A stretch of DNA of 64,000 bases from an uncultured Planctomycetaceae bacterium (GCA_963813715.1 CAWFAK010000005.1:1344001-1408000); one strand, 5' to 3'. Positions 52,941 through 63,222 are shown, numbered from the stretch's first letter. The notes: a model not told the origin generated them from the letters alone. Numbers and translations are program-made.

Positions 52941-53469
52941 CCGTTGTGCAGCCGGGCGTTCTGTTGTGCAGAACCGTCCCGTTGTGCAAAGCCACGTGTC
53001 CCGTCCCGTTCTTGTCCTCTCCCGGGGCGCCGCGACCCTTCCCCTCGGTGTTTCCCCCTAGCTGCTGGTGGGGATCTTTTTCTCCCTTATGTGAAAACGG
53101 ATCCCCACCCCCAGCAGGGACAGTTTTTGATCACCCGCGAGGATTCTCCCGTCACCGCGCCGCCGCGATCGCGCAGGTGTCCGGACCGGACTTCGGGAAC
53201 CACCCAGCCCCAGAACCGGATGCCGAACTTGGTCTCACTGGGTGTCCAGGGGGCCTGCGCGGTGAACTGGGGCTCCGCGCCGTCTCGGCGCGGCACCTAA
53301 ACCGCTCGCGCGATCCCGCTCTTTCCATTCAGCCACAAAACCGCGATCCGTCCAAGATCAGTTTTCGCGGAATTCAGGATCGGCTACGCCACAGCTCGGC
53401 GCGGAGCGTTTGACTTTTGTCTCCTCGGTTCCCGCGTCCCCATGCACTGCCGATAGTCCCGAAGGCTTC

Positions 53470-54120
53470 TTACTTTGACGCATTCTTCGCCACGATTCGA
53501 TGCGCGACGCACGCGACGTCGTCGCATCGGTCAATCGCCCGCTCGACAAGCTCGTAAAGCTCCTTCCACTTGATCACATCGAAGGCGTCGAGGCGGCCGT
53601 CGAACAGCTGCGTCAGAACCCGATGATGGATGGCGTCGCCCTCTTCCTCGGCGTGATGCGTCACGATCACCAACTGGTCGACGGACATGGCGAGTTTCGC
53701 GGACTTACGGTCCTCGATGTGCCGGATACACATGACGGCATCGGAAGCAAGGCGGCTGGCTTTCACGAGAACGGCGCACTGCCGCACGAATTCGTCCTCA
53801 CTTCTCGCGACTTTGTAAAAGATCATTCGTCGACCGACGGCGTCGATGTCATCGACCACGTCGTCGATTCGCGAAACCAGGTCGTAGACGTCTCCGCGAT
53901 CAGCAGGCGAAAAGTTGCTCCGGGCGAGTCGAGCGAATGTTTCCCGCGCGAGTTCGTCGCCGTCGTGTTCAGCTTGGATGATGGCGGTGACCAGCTCACT
54001 GGTGATGAGGTCTGCGGAGCACGCTAAGTCCGCAAGCAGCTCGGCTGAGCGCACGGCGTTTTGCGCCGCACGCTCGAAGGCATCGCAATAGTCGAGGTAG
54101 TTAGGCAGCAAGCGAAACAT
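53470..54120 (-). CDS. DUF47 (PhoU-like) phosphate transport regulator
   Basis: EHDGD, DRGD...L...DDVVD, EEEGD and IKWKELYE.VE.A.DRCDDVA motifs. Confidence 0.88.
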   Translation of the reverse strand: MFRLLPNYLDYCDAFERAAQNAVRSAELLADLACSADLITSELVTAIIQAEHDGDELARETFARLARSNFSPADRGDVYDLVSRIDDVVDDIDAVGRRMIFYKVARSEDEFVRQCAVLVKASRLASDAVMCIRHIEDRKSAKLAMSVDQLVIVTHHAEEEGDAIHHRVLTQLFDGRLDAFDVIKWKELYELVERAIDRCDDVACVAHRIVAKNASK

Positions 54121-54145
54121 GCGTTGCCTCGAAACTGGGCGTCAC

Positions 54146-57100
54146 TCAACCAGGGATTGGCGGCCGCGCCTCCTCCAACTTGTTCGGCACCACAAGCGAG
54201 TAGACGCACGGCACCACGAACAGCGTCGTCACCAGACCCGCGATCAGGCCGCCGAGGACCGCGCGGCCCAAGGGGACGTTCGCTTCGCTGCCGCGGCTCA
54301 GACCCAGCGACATCGGGATCAGGGCGAAGAACGTCGCCAGCGCCGTCATGACCACCGGCCGCACCCGGACCGAGGCGGCGCCGTCGATCGCCTCGAGCGG
54401 AGTCACCCGGTCCGCCTGCCGCACGTTCTCGGCGAAGTCGATCAGCAGCACCGTGTTCGACACCACGATGCCCACCATGAAGATGACGCCCAGCAGCGAC
54501 TGGACGTTCAAGGCCGTTCCGGTGAAGAACAGCATCAAGATGACGCCGACCACGCCGACCGGCACGGCCGACAGCACCACCAGCGGCGTCAGGTACGACC
54601 GGAACAGGGCGACCATCAGGAAGTAGATCAGCAGAACCGCCCCGACCATGCCCATCGCCTGGAATCGGAACGTCTGCTGCATCTTCTGATACTCGCCGGC
54701 CAGGACGATCCGGGCCCCTTCCATCGGCTTCTGTCCGGGCGCGTCGGGATCGAAGGGCGTCCAGCCGCCGTCGGGCCGCTCCTTGCCGAACTTCGCCACG
54801 ACCCGGCTCACGTCCTCGGCCACGTGCCCGAGGTCGCGGCCGTGCACCCCCATCGTCAGATCCATCGTCGCCTGAAGGTTGGTGTGGTTGATCTCGGCCG
54901 GCACTTCGACTCGCGGCAGTGGACTTCACGATGTTCCGCAGCGGGATCGGCTTCTGCTGCCCGGGCCGGTGATCGGGATGTCGAGCAGGGTATCGACGCG
55001 AGGTGATGTCTTCTTCGGGGTACTGCACGCCGACGAAGTACTGGTTGGAGCTCTTCGGGTCGATCCAGAAGTTCTTCTTGTTGAACTGAACGCTGGAGTT
55101 GAACGCCGACACGACGTTCTGCATCATGTCCGCCTGAGTCGAGCCCGAGGTCGGACGCCTTGGCCTGGTCGATTTCCAGGACGTACTGCGGGTAGTCGAG
55201 GCGCTGGATGATGCGGGCGTCCACGACGCCGTCGATCCGCTTCACTTCCTTCAGAATTCGCTCGGCCACCTTGCGGGCCTTGTTCATGTCCTTGCCCGTG
55301 ATGCGGACGTTGATCGGAGTGGACTTGCCCTCGTTCATGGCCGACCGGACCATGCCGCCGGCGTCGAAGGCGAATTCCAGGTCGGAGAACTGCGGATCGG
55401 CCGCGAATCCCTGCCGCAAGCATGTCGACGTACTCCTGGGCCGACTGCGACCGCTCGGTCTTGAGTTGAACCTTCACGACCGCGTCCATCGGCCCGGCGT
55501 TCGGCGTGAAGGCGGCCGACCAGTTCGGCGTCAGCCCGATCTCGCTGATGACCAGTTCCAGGTCGTCGCCAGTCTTCTCCTTCACGAATTTCTCCGACGC
55601 GGCGATCTTCTCCTCGGTCTCTTCGATCCGCGTGCCGGACGGGGCCCGGACGAAGATCTCGAACGCGCCGGCATCGACTTCCGGGAAGAACTCCCGGCGC
55701 AGGTCTGGGCCGAAGCACAACGACGACCACGGCCAGGGCCGCGAACGCCGCCGCCGATCACGAAGCCGCGAGCTCGCAGGCCACGTCGAGGAGCCGGAGT
55801 ATAACGCGCGATCCCGGCGATCGACGCGACTTCCCATTTCTCGAACAGCCGGCCGAGCCAGCCCTTTGCGGGGCGTTCTCGTGTTCGTTGCGGTGCTCGT
55901 AGTCGAAGGTGTGGGACTCGACCGGCTTGTGCCCGTGCGACTTCAGCCAGGCCGCACAGCGGGCCGGGACGAACGTCCGCGACAGGACGTAGGCGATCGC
56001 CATGGCGAACGCCACGGCCAGGAACATCGGCCGGAACAGGAACGCCCCGAGCCCGGGCATCAGCGCCAGCGGCAGCAGCACGAGCAGCGTGCAGAGCTGG
56101 CGATCAGTTCGGGCATGGCCACCTCGCTGGCCCCGAGGAAGGCGGCCTCCTTCGGCTTCGCCCCGAGGCCGAGGTGGCGGTGCGTGTTCTCCAGGCAAAT
56201 GATCGCGCTATCCACCAGCGGGCCGATCGCCAGGGCCAGCCCGGCCAGAGTCATCACGTTGATCGTCTGCCCGAAGCCGTACAGGCAGGCGATCGGCCCC
56301 GAGCACGGCAACCGGGATCGTCATCACGGCGATCAGCGTCATCCGCCATTCGCCGAGGAAGACCAGGATCACCAGCGAGCAGAGGATGGCGCCGAGGATG
56401 CCTTCTTCGGCGAGGCTTTCGATCGCCTTGCGGACGTAGACCGACTGGTCCATCACCAGTTTCAGATCGACGTCCGGGGTGGTCAGCCGGTCCTTCATGT
56501 CGGGCAGGTTCTGTCTTGAGAGTGTCGACGACGCTCAGCGTGCTGTACCCCGACTGCCGGTAGACCGGGATGTAGACCTGCCGGCGGCCGTCCACGCGGA
56601 CGACGTTCGTTTGAATCGGGGCGGCGTCCTTCGGGTCGGCCACCTCTTTCAGGAAGATCGTCCGCCCGTCCGCGTCGGTCTTGATCGGGAATGTCGCCCA
56701 TGCGCTCGACGCGCGTCGTACATCGCGTTGGAGTCGAGCGTGTAGTCGAACTTGCCGAACTTCGCGTCGCCGGCCGGGATGAAGATGTTGAACCGGTCCA
56801 GGGCATTCATCACATCGATCGGGGACAGGCCGTGGGCCTGGAGCTCGGTCGCGGTCGAGGTAGGCCAGGATGGTGCGAATCTTCCCGCCGTAGACGACCG
56901 GGGCGTTCGCCCCGCGCGACGCCATGATCATCATCCGGACCTGGTAGCGGGCGGTGTCGTAGAGGACCGATTCGTTCTGCGTCTTGCTGTTGAGGGCGAC
57001 CAGGCAGACCGGCGTGGACGAGGTCGGGTCGTAGGGCAGGATGACCGGCGGCAGCGTTCCCGGGGGCAGGGTCGGGATTTCGACGGTGGCCAGCGAGTTG

Positions 57101-57428
57101 ACCTGGGTCAGGGCGCCGGCCGGATCGACGTCGTCGGCGTAGAAGTTGCGGACGATGCTGACGCCGAGGAGCGACCGCGATTCCTGGCGGATCGATCCCG
57201 GCGGCCTGCCCGGTGCCGCGTTCCATCCGGGCGGTGATGCCGGCCTCGACGCTGGTCGCGGCCATGCCGTTGTAGAAGGTCAGCACCTGGACGGCCGGGC
57301 TGCGGTACACCGGCAGGATGTCGGCCGGGATCACCGCCAGGGCCACGGCCCCGGCCAAGCACGATCGTCAGCATCAGGACAGTGATCGCCCGGGGATTGC
57401 CGAGCGAAAAGCGGATCAGACCATTCAT
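54146..57428 (-). CDS. RND efflux permease (AcrB family), many frameshifts
   Basis: Fragments MNGLIRFSL, LAGLALAIGPLVDSAIICLEN, FFPEVDAG.F, SLLGVIFMVGIVVSN and RVRPVVMTALAT..ALIPM across about 8 ORF pieces. Confidence 0.85.
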
Positions 57429-57431
57429 GGA

Positions 57432-58939
57432 TCAAGGCCGGTCTCGCGGTCGAGACAACCCGGGCGTGGGATCAGGGCGTCGGCAGGACTTCGGAGTGGA
57501 ATGTCGAGGTGGGACGAGCAGGGCGTGCCGCGGCTTTCGCTTGGCTACTTTGGCTATCAACGATACCACGGCGGTTCCCTCTCCAGTGGGCCGCTGGCCC
57601 GGACGATGACGCGGTCCGTCGGCCGTCAGCCCCGAGAGGACTTCGACCTCCGACCCGTTGTCGGCCCCGTAGCGACCGGCGACAAGCGGCTTTGTCGTCA
57701 CGGACCACGCGAACCGATCCCTTCCCGCCTCCGCCTTTCCGACCAACGCGGACCGACGGAATGCGGAACGCATCCGGCGACCGGCTTGCAGGATGAGGGT
57801 GACTCGGCCGAACATCCCCCGGCGGAGCTTGCCGTCCGGGTTCTTGACATGCACCTCGGTTCGCATCATGCGAGTGTGCGGATCTTCGGACGCGGCCAGC
57901 CGGGACACTTCCACCTTGTCGGCCCCGCGGGTCTTGAAGACCACCCCGGGCAGGGCGTCCACCTCGACGACGGCGGGATCGCCGCAGTCGACAAACGGAA
58001 CGTCGCGTTCCGGCACCTGGATAACGACCCGCATGACGTCCGTCCGCTCGACGGCCAGCACCGGCATCCGGTCCCCGCCGGCGTCGGCTGACCGAATGAA
58101 GTCGCCGGGATGGAAATTCCGCTTGGTGACGACGCCGGTATACGGGGAACGGATGACCGTGTAATCGAGCAGGACCTGCGACTTCTCGAGCCGGGCCTTG
58201 GCCGTTGCGACTTCGGCCTCGGCGTACCGGAGATCGGCCTGGGCCTGCGTGCACTCGGGCACGGGCCGCCGCTTCCTTTTGCCTGGCCGCATTTACCGCT
58301 TCGCCGGCCGCGAGTTCGGCCGAGACGGCTGCCTGGTACTGATCCTCTTGCTCGTCCGCAAGCTTGGCTTCGATCGCCTTGCGCGCGACCAAGTCCTGAT
58401 TCGATCCCGCTGCTTCTCGCGGTACGCCCGGTACGATCTTTGCTCTTCTTTTCGGCCTGGCCAGAGCGATCACCGCAGTGGCCGCACCAAGGTCGGCCTC
58501 GGCGGTGGTGATCGCGGCTTTCATTTGCTCCACCTTGGCCTCCGCCCGCACGACGTCGGCCGCGTCCTGCTTCACCTGCTTCTCGTACTCCGGCACCGAA
58601 ATCCGGGCCAGCACATCCCCCGCTCGCACGGGATAGCCGATATCGACATTCTGTTCGACCAGGAAACCCGAAACTTTGCCGTACAGGTCGGCCGGCTCAA
58701 ACGGCTCGACTGATACCCGGCTGGAGGCACAGCCGATCGATGCCGCCGGAACGAGGCGCGACGACCCTAACTGAGACTGCACCCGCGCTCGCAGCAGCCT
58801 TTGAGCTGTCGAGTATCAGGGGTGCAGAATTCTCCGCAGCGGCCCTGCCATGAACGAAGACGTACCCCGTGCCTGCGGCGCCTGCCGCCAGGACCACGAG
58901 ACCGAGAAATAGATTGGACCTTGAGACAAAACGAGGCAT
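57432..58939 (-). CDS. RND periplasmic adaptor (MFP), several frameshifts; 3' end approximate
   Basis: N-terminal TM, KVSGF...VDIG..V.AG.VLA, coiled coil, IRSPYTGVVTKRN and NPDGKLRRGM motifs. Confidence 0.82.
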
Positions 58940-58983
58940 GCCACCCACCATTCGCCAAAACAACAGGCCAAGGACATTCGCCG

Positions 58984-59022
58984 TTAAATAAATCTTAACA
59001 TTGAATTAAACAGATCTTAACA
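58984..59022. promoter_or_regulatory. four 11-bp-periodic direct repeats (PhoB/OmpR-type box)
   Basis: TTAAAT 58984, TTAACA 58995, TTAAAC 59006 and TTAACA 59017, 45-83 bp upstream of the MFP start. Confidence 0.65.
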
Positions 59023-59304
59023 ATTCGCCGTCTCTTGGCCAGGGCTGCCGACAGGTCCTGGTGGCCAAAAATGCTGACCGGCACCACCTCAGCCGCTCTG
59101 GGCCAGGGGCAAGGGTGCCAAGCATGGCGGCTTGGACGCGTCCGTTTAGCAAATGTGTCCGGACCGAGTTTTCCTCGATCCGCACGCTTCGGGTTGGTGT
59201 GGCGCGTGCATGAACCCGACGGGGATCTGACGCCGCGGATTTCACTCATTTGAACGAAGCGGTGCTTCCGCAAATGCGGAGCGCCGCGGCCGCCCGGCCG
59301 TCCG

Positions 59305-61887
59305 CTATGAGTTGAGAGCCTCCACTGCCGGCGCGACACCCATCCAGTTGTTCGATTGGTCAGTTTGCGTTGTGTCAGGCGTGTTCGTCGAAGTCATCAA
59401 GGCGGAACTTCCCACGGCCGGCAGTTGAACACTGAGCGAGGTGGCCGCTGACCCTGACAACCCGTCGCCCGTGTTCGTGATCTTAACGGCGAGCGAATCA
59501 GAGCCCACGAAATTCGAGTTGGGCGTATAGGTCAGGCCGTTCAGCGCCGCAATCAAATTGGGCAGCGTACCTTTGATGGTCATCGACGCCGAGTCGTTCG
59601 CCCCGGCGAGCAAGGCGATCGAACCCGGTGATCCCAATAACAGGGTTCCGTGCGCGACGGACAACGCCACTGTGTCGAAGCCACCGGCAGGCAATGCGGC
59701 GTCGGTAAAGGTGATGGGATCATTCTTGGTCGAAGAGAAGTTGAACGCGGTGTTCTCGGTGACTGTCTCGTTGGCCGGAGCACTGACCGTCGGAGCAGGG
59801 GTGGTTTCGACAGTGAGTGCGGTGCTCGTTGACGCGGACAACCCATTGCCCGGATTCGTGATCTTGACGGTCAGCGAATCGGAGCCCAGGAAGTTCGAGT
59901 TGGGCGTATAGCTCAGGCCGTTCAGCGCCTTGATCAAGTTGGGCAGCGTCCCTTGGATGGTCATCGACGCGGAACCATTTGCGCCGGAAAGCAAGGCGAT
60001 CGAACCGGGTGACCCCAACAACAGAACCCCGTGCGAGACGGTCAACGCCACCGTGTCAAAGCTACCCGCGGCCAACACGGGATCGGTCAAGGTGATGGCA
60101 TCACCGTTGGCCGACGAGAAGGTGAACGCGGTGTTCTCGACGACCGTCTCGCTCAACGAGGCGCTCACCGTCGGCGGATTGCTGGCTGTGCTTGAAACCG
60201 TGAGAGTGGTGCTCGCTGATGCGGACAACCCATTGCCCGGATTCGTGATCTTGACCGTCAGCGAATCGGAGCCCACGAAATTCGAGGTGGGCGTGTAGTT
60301 CAAGCCGTTCAGCGCCTTGATCAAGTTGGGCAGCGTCCCTTGGATGGTCATTGACGCCGAACCATTTGCGCCGGAAAGCAAGGCGATCGATCCCGGCGAT
60401 CCCAACAAGAGGGTCCCGTGAGAGACGGTCAACGCCACCGTGTCGAAGCCGCCGGCAGCCAACGTGGGATCGGTCAAGGTGATGGCATCACTGTTGGCCG
60501 ATGAGAAAGTAAACGCCTTGTTCTCGATCACTGGCTCGCTGGCCGGGGCGCTCACCGTCGGCGGGTTGCTGGCTGTACTCGTGACAGTGAGGGAGGTGCT
60601 TGCGGACGCGGACAACCCGTTGCCCGTATTCGTGATCTTGACGGTCAGCGAATCGGAGCCGACGAAGTTCGAGCTGGGCGTATAGCTCAGGCCGTTCAGC
60701 GCCTTAATCAGATTGGACAGGGTCCCCTTGATGGTCATCGAGGCCGAGCCGTTCGCCCCGGCGACCAACGCGATCGATCCCGGGGATCCCAACAACAGGG
60801 TCCCGTGCGAGACGGTCAACGCCACCGTGTCAAAGCCACCGGCGGCCAGCACGGGATCGGTCAATGTGATGGCATCACCGTTGGCCGACGAGAAGGTGAA
60901 CGCGGTGTTCTCGATTAATGTCTCGCTGGCTGGGGCGCTCACTGTCGGCGGAGTGCTGGCTGCAGTCGAAACCGTGAGTGTGGTGCTCGCGGACGCGGAC
61001 AACCCATTGCCCGGATTCGTGATCTTGACGGCGAGCGAATCGGAGCCCACGAAATTCGAGTTGGGCGTATAGCTCAGGCCGTTCAGCGCTTTAATCAGAT
61101 TGGGGAGGGTTCCCTTGATGGTCATCGATGCCGAGCCGTTCGCCCCGGAGACCAAACCGATCGATCCCGGCGATCCGAGCAACAGGGTCCCGTGCGCCAC
61201 TGTCAACGCCACCGTGTCAAAGCCACCGGCAGGCAACGCGGTGTCGGTCAAGGTGACGGGATCACCATTGGCCGATGAGAAGGTGAACGCGGTGTTCTCG
61301 ATGACTGTCTCGCTGGCTGGAGCGCTGACGGTCGGAGCAGAGCCGGTTGCGACGGTAAGTGAGGTGCTTGCTGACGCGGACAACCCGTCACCCGTATTCG
61401 TGATCTTGACGGTCAGCAGATCGGAGCCCAGGTAGTTCGAGGTGGGCGTATAGCTCAGGCCGTTCAGCGCCGTGATCAAATTGGGCAGCGTCCCTTCGAT
61501 GGTCATCGACGCCGAGTTGTTCGCCCCGGAGAGCAAAGCGATCGAGCCTGGCGATCCCAACAACAGGGTCCCGTGCGTGACGGTCAACGCCACCGTGTCA
61601 AAGCCGCCGGCAGCCAACGAGGGATCGGTAAAGGTGATGGAATCACCGTTGGCCGATGAGAAGGTGAACGCGGTGTTCTTGGTCACTGTCTCGCTGGCCG
61701 GAACACTGACTGTCGGGGGAGAGCTGGCGGCGGCAATGAGTGCGGTGCCAGGGGAAGCCGAAAGGCAAAGCCGATCTTCGAGAGATTGGACGTGCGCGAT
61801 CGGGCGCGAGCGTGCGGGATGGCGTAGAGCTGGACGGCGTAGAGCCTTGTTAATCGCAAAATGTTGGAAGCGGTTCAGCGAAAGCAT
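59305..61887 (-). CDS. exported adhesin-like protein with six tandem cadherin/Ig-like repeats of about 127-129 aa
   Basis: N-terminal basic stretch plus VQSLEDRLCLS (planctomycete export motif). Repeats read PPTVSAPA.E.V.EN.AF.FS...LNGLSYTP.SNF.GSD.L, with a 387-nt period in the middle copies. Confidence 0.85.
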   Translation of the reverse strand: MLSLNRFQHFAINKALRRPALRHPARSRPIAHVQSLEDRLCLSASPGTALIAAASSPPTVSVPASETVTKNTAFTFSSANGDSITFTDPSLAAGGFDTVALTVTHGTLLLGSPGSIALLSGANNSASMTIEGTLPNLITALNGLSYTPTSNYLGSDLLTVKITNTGDGLSASASTSLTVATGSAPTVSAPASETVIENTAFTFSSANGDPVTLTDTALPAGGFDTVALTVAHGTLLLGSPGSIGLVSGANGSASMTIKGTLPNLIKALNGLSYTPNSNFVGSDSLAVKITNPGNGLSASASTTLTVSTAASTPPTVSAPASETLIENTAFTFSSANGDAITLTDPVLAAGGFDTVALTVSHGTLLLGSPGSIALVAGANGSASMTIKGTLSNLIKALNGLSYTPSSNFVGSDSLTVKITNTGNGLSASASTSLTVTSTASNPPTVSAPASEPVIENKAFTFSSANSDAITLTDPTLAAGGFDTVALTVSHGTLLLGSPGSIALLSGANGSASMTIQGTLPNLIKALNGLNYTPTSNFVGSDSLTVKITNPGNGLSASASTTLTVSSTASNPPTVSASLSETVVENTAFTFSSANGDAITLTDPVLAAGSFDTVALTVSHGVLLLGSPGSIALLSGANGSASMTIQGTLPNLIKALNGLSYTPNSNFLGSDSLTVKITNPGNGLSASTSTALTVETTPAPTVSAPANETVTENTAFNFSSTKNDPITFTDAALPAGGFDTVALSVAHGTLLLGSPGSIALLAGANDSASMTIKGTLPNLIAALNGLTYTPNSNFVGSDSLAVKITNTGDGLSGSAATSLSVQLPAVGSSALMTSTNTPDTTQTDQSNNWMGVAPAVEALNS

Positions 61888-62250
61888 GCCGACTCGTCCT
61901 ATGTATTGTAGAAGCTGTTTTGTGGAAACCCGGAAACGTTCGGACTGGCGTCGGCTCACCATTGCCGTAGTCGCAACGAACTCAAGGCGCGCGGGGGGGC
62001 CTGTTTTGCGTTGAAGAGTGCCAGCCCCCAGGCTTGCGGCCACGGTCATCCGCTTGCAAAAGCTATGCCGCGGACAATGCCATCACGGACCAGGACTTGA
62101 ATTGTCCGTTCACTCGACTACCGGAAGTCGCGACCGGATTTCAGCTGGAGGCGACCTGACCGCGCTGGCAGGCGGAGTGATTGACAATGTGGCGCAGCAT
62201 CGCCCACCGTGGCAGGGTCGCCGCAAGCCGGGCGAACGCGCCGCGGATCG

Positions 62251-62287
62251 GCGTGGGCATGTCTTACCACGCCTCGCATGCTCACGC
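62251..62287. repeat. short palindrome GCGTGGGCATG...CATGCTCACGC
   Basis: Inverted arms similar to the 63257-63330 element. Confidence 0.55.
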
Positions 62288-62327
62288 GAACATATTGGTT
62301 CGGGAATTCGGTGGGATCTCGGAGACG

Positions 62328-62379
62328 TCGCTCACCGCTTCGGGTTCGTGAAGACATACCAACCCGAAGCGTCAAGCGA
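62328..62379. repeat. REP-like inverted repeat (GCTTCGGGTT...AACCCGAAGC)
   Basis: TCGCTCACCGCTTCGGGTT and AACCCGAAGCGTCAAGCGA arms. Confidence 0.65.
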
Positions 62380-62403
62380 GGGCGCGCGGGACCGAGCCGC
62401 CAG

Positions 62404-63222
62404 TCAGCGGGTCAACAACCCCGCGTCGATCGTGAATTGTGAGCCGGTCACGAATCTTGCGCGGTCGGAGGCCAAAAAGAGGACGGCTTGGGCGACGTCT
62501 TCGGGTTCGATCCAGGGAACCGGCAGCAGGTTGCCAGCGGACCGTTCCGCGATTTGTTGGGGCGTCGCGCCCTCAAGGGCTGCCAGGCCGTCGTTCATGG
62601 GTGTGTTGACGCCGGTGGGGTGGATCGAGACGACGCGGATGTTGTACGGGGCCAGCTCCAGGGCCCAGGATTTGGTGAGGCCGACCAGGCCCCACTTCGA
62701 CGCGGCGTAGTGGCTCAGGCGGGACATGCCACGCAGGCCGGCGATTGACGAGTTGTTGATGATGACTCCCGCACGACGCTCGATCATGAGCGGGATGACG
62801 CGGCGGGCGACGATCCAGGCGCCTTTGAGATTGATGTCGAGCATTGCGTCCCAGGCCTCTTCGCTCAGCTCGTGGGCGAGGCCGTAGGCGCAGATGCCGG
62901 CGTTGTTGAAGAGGATGTCGATCCGCCCGAATCGCCGTTTCGTTTCATCGACCGCTTGCGTCACGGCGGCGTCATCGCGTACGTCGGCCACGAATCCCTG
63001 GCACTCGACGCCGAGGCGGCGGCATTCCGCCGCGAGCGAATCGAGGTCGCTGGGCGACCCGAGTCCGTAGCCGGGATAGGGAAGCGTTTTCCCGACGTCC
63101 AGGGCCGCGATGTGCACTCCCTCGCGAGCCAGCGCCAGAGCCGTCGCCCTGCCTTGCCCGTGGGCCGCCCCGGTGATGAGAGCCACGCGTCCTTCGAGTT
63201 CGTATGACGGCGCAGATGTCAT
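62404..63222 (-). CDS. SDR oxidoreductase resembling the mycofactocin-coupled subfamily
   Basis: TGAAHGQG, NNAG, S...YAASK, HPTGVNTPM, PWIEPED and an insert loop LPYPGYGLGSPSDL. Confidence 0.88.
   Translation of the reverse strand: MTSAPSYELEGRVALITGAAHGQGRATALALAREGVHIAALDVGKTLPYPGYGLGSPSDLDSLAAECRRLGVECQGFVADVRDDAAVTQAVDETKRRFGRIDILFNNAGICAYGLAHELSEEAWDAMLDINLKGAWIVARRVIPLMIERRAGVIINNSSIAGLRGMSRLSHYAASKWGLVGLTKSWALELAPYNIRVVSIHPTGVNTPMNDGLAALEGATPQQIAERSAGNLLPVPWIEPEDVAQAVLFLASDRARFVTGSQFTIDAGLLTR

Larger units (their letters stand above)
49025..52993. mobile_element. cargo-carrying DDE transposon (IS4/IS5-like) with TIRs and a 10-bp TSD
   Basis: Left TIR GGCTTTGCACAATGGAACG (49025-49043). 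Right TIR reverse complement GGCTTTGCACAACGGGACG (52975-52993), 17/19 identical. Identical ACGTGTCCCG at 49015-49024 and 52994-53003. Contains a transposase. Confidence 0.92.

Noticed and set aside
59400..61720. DGR template/variable repeats or an assembly duplication within the adhesin
   Set aside because: The copies differ mainly at synonymous positions rather than at adenines, stay in frame, and no reverse transcriptase is present.
61890..62060. c-di-GMP-I riboswitch upstream of the adhesin
   Set aside because: An ACGCAAA is present on the minus strand, but the GGCAAA-stem-GAAA tetraloop element is missing.
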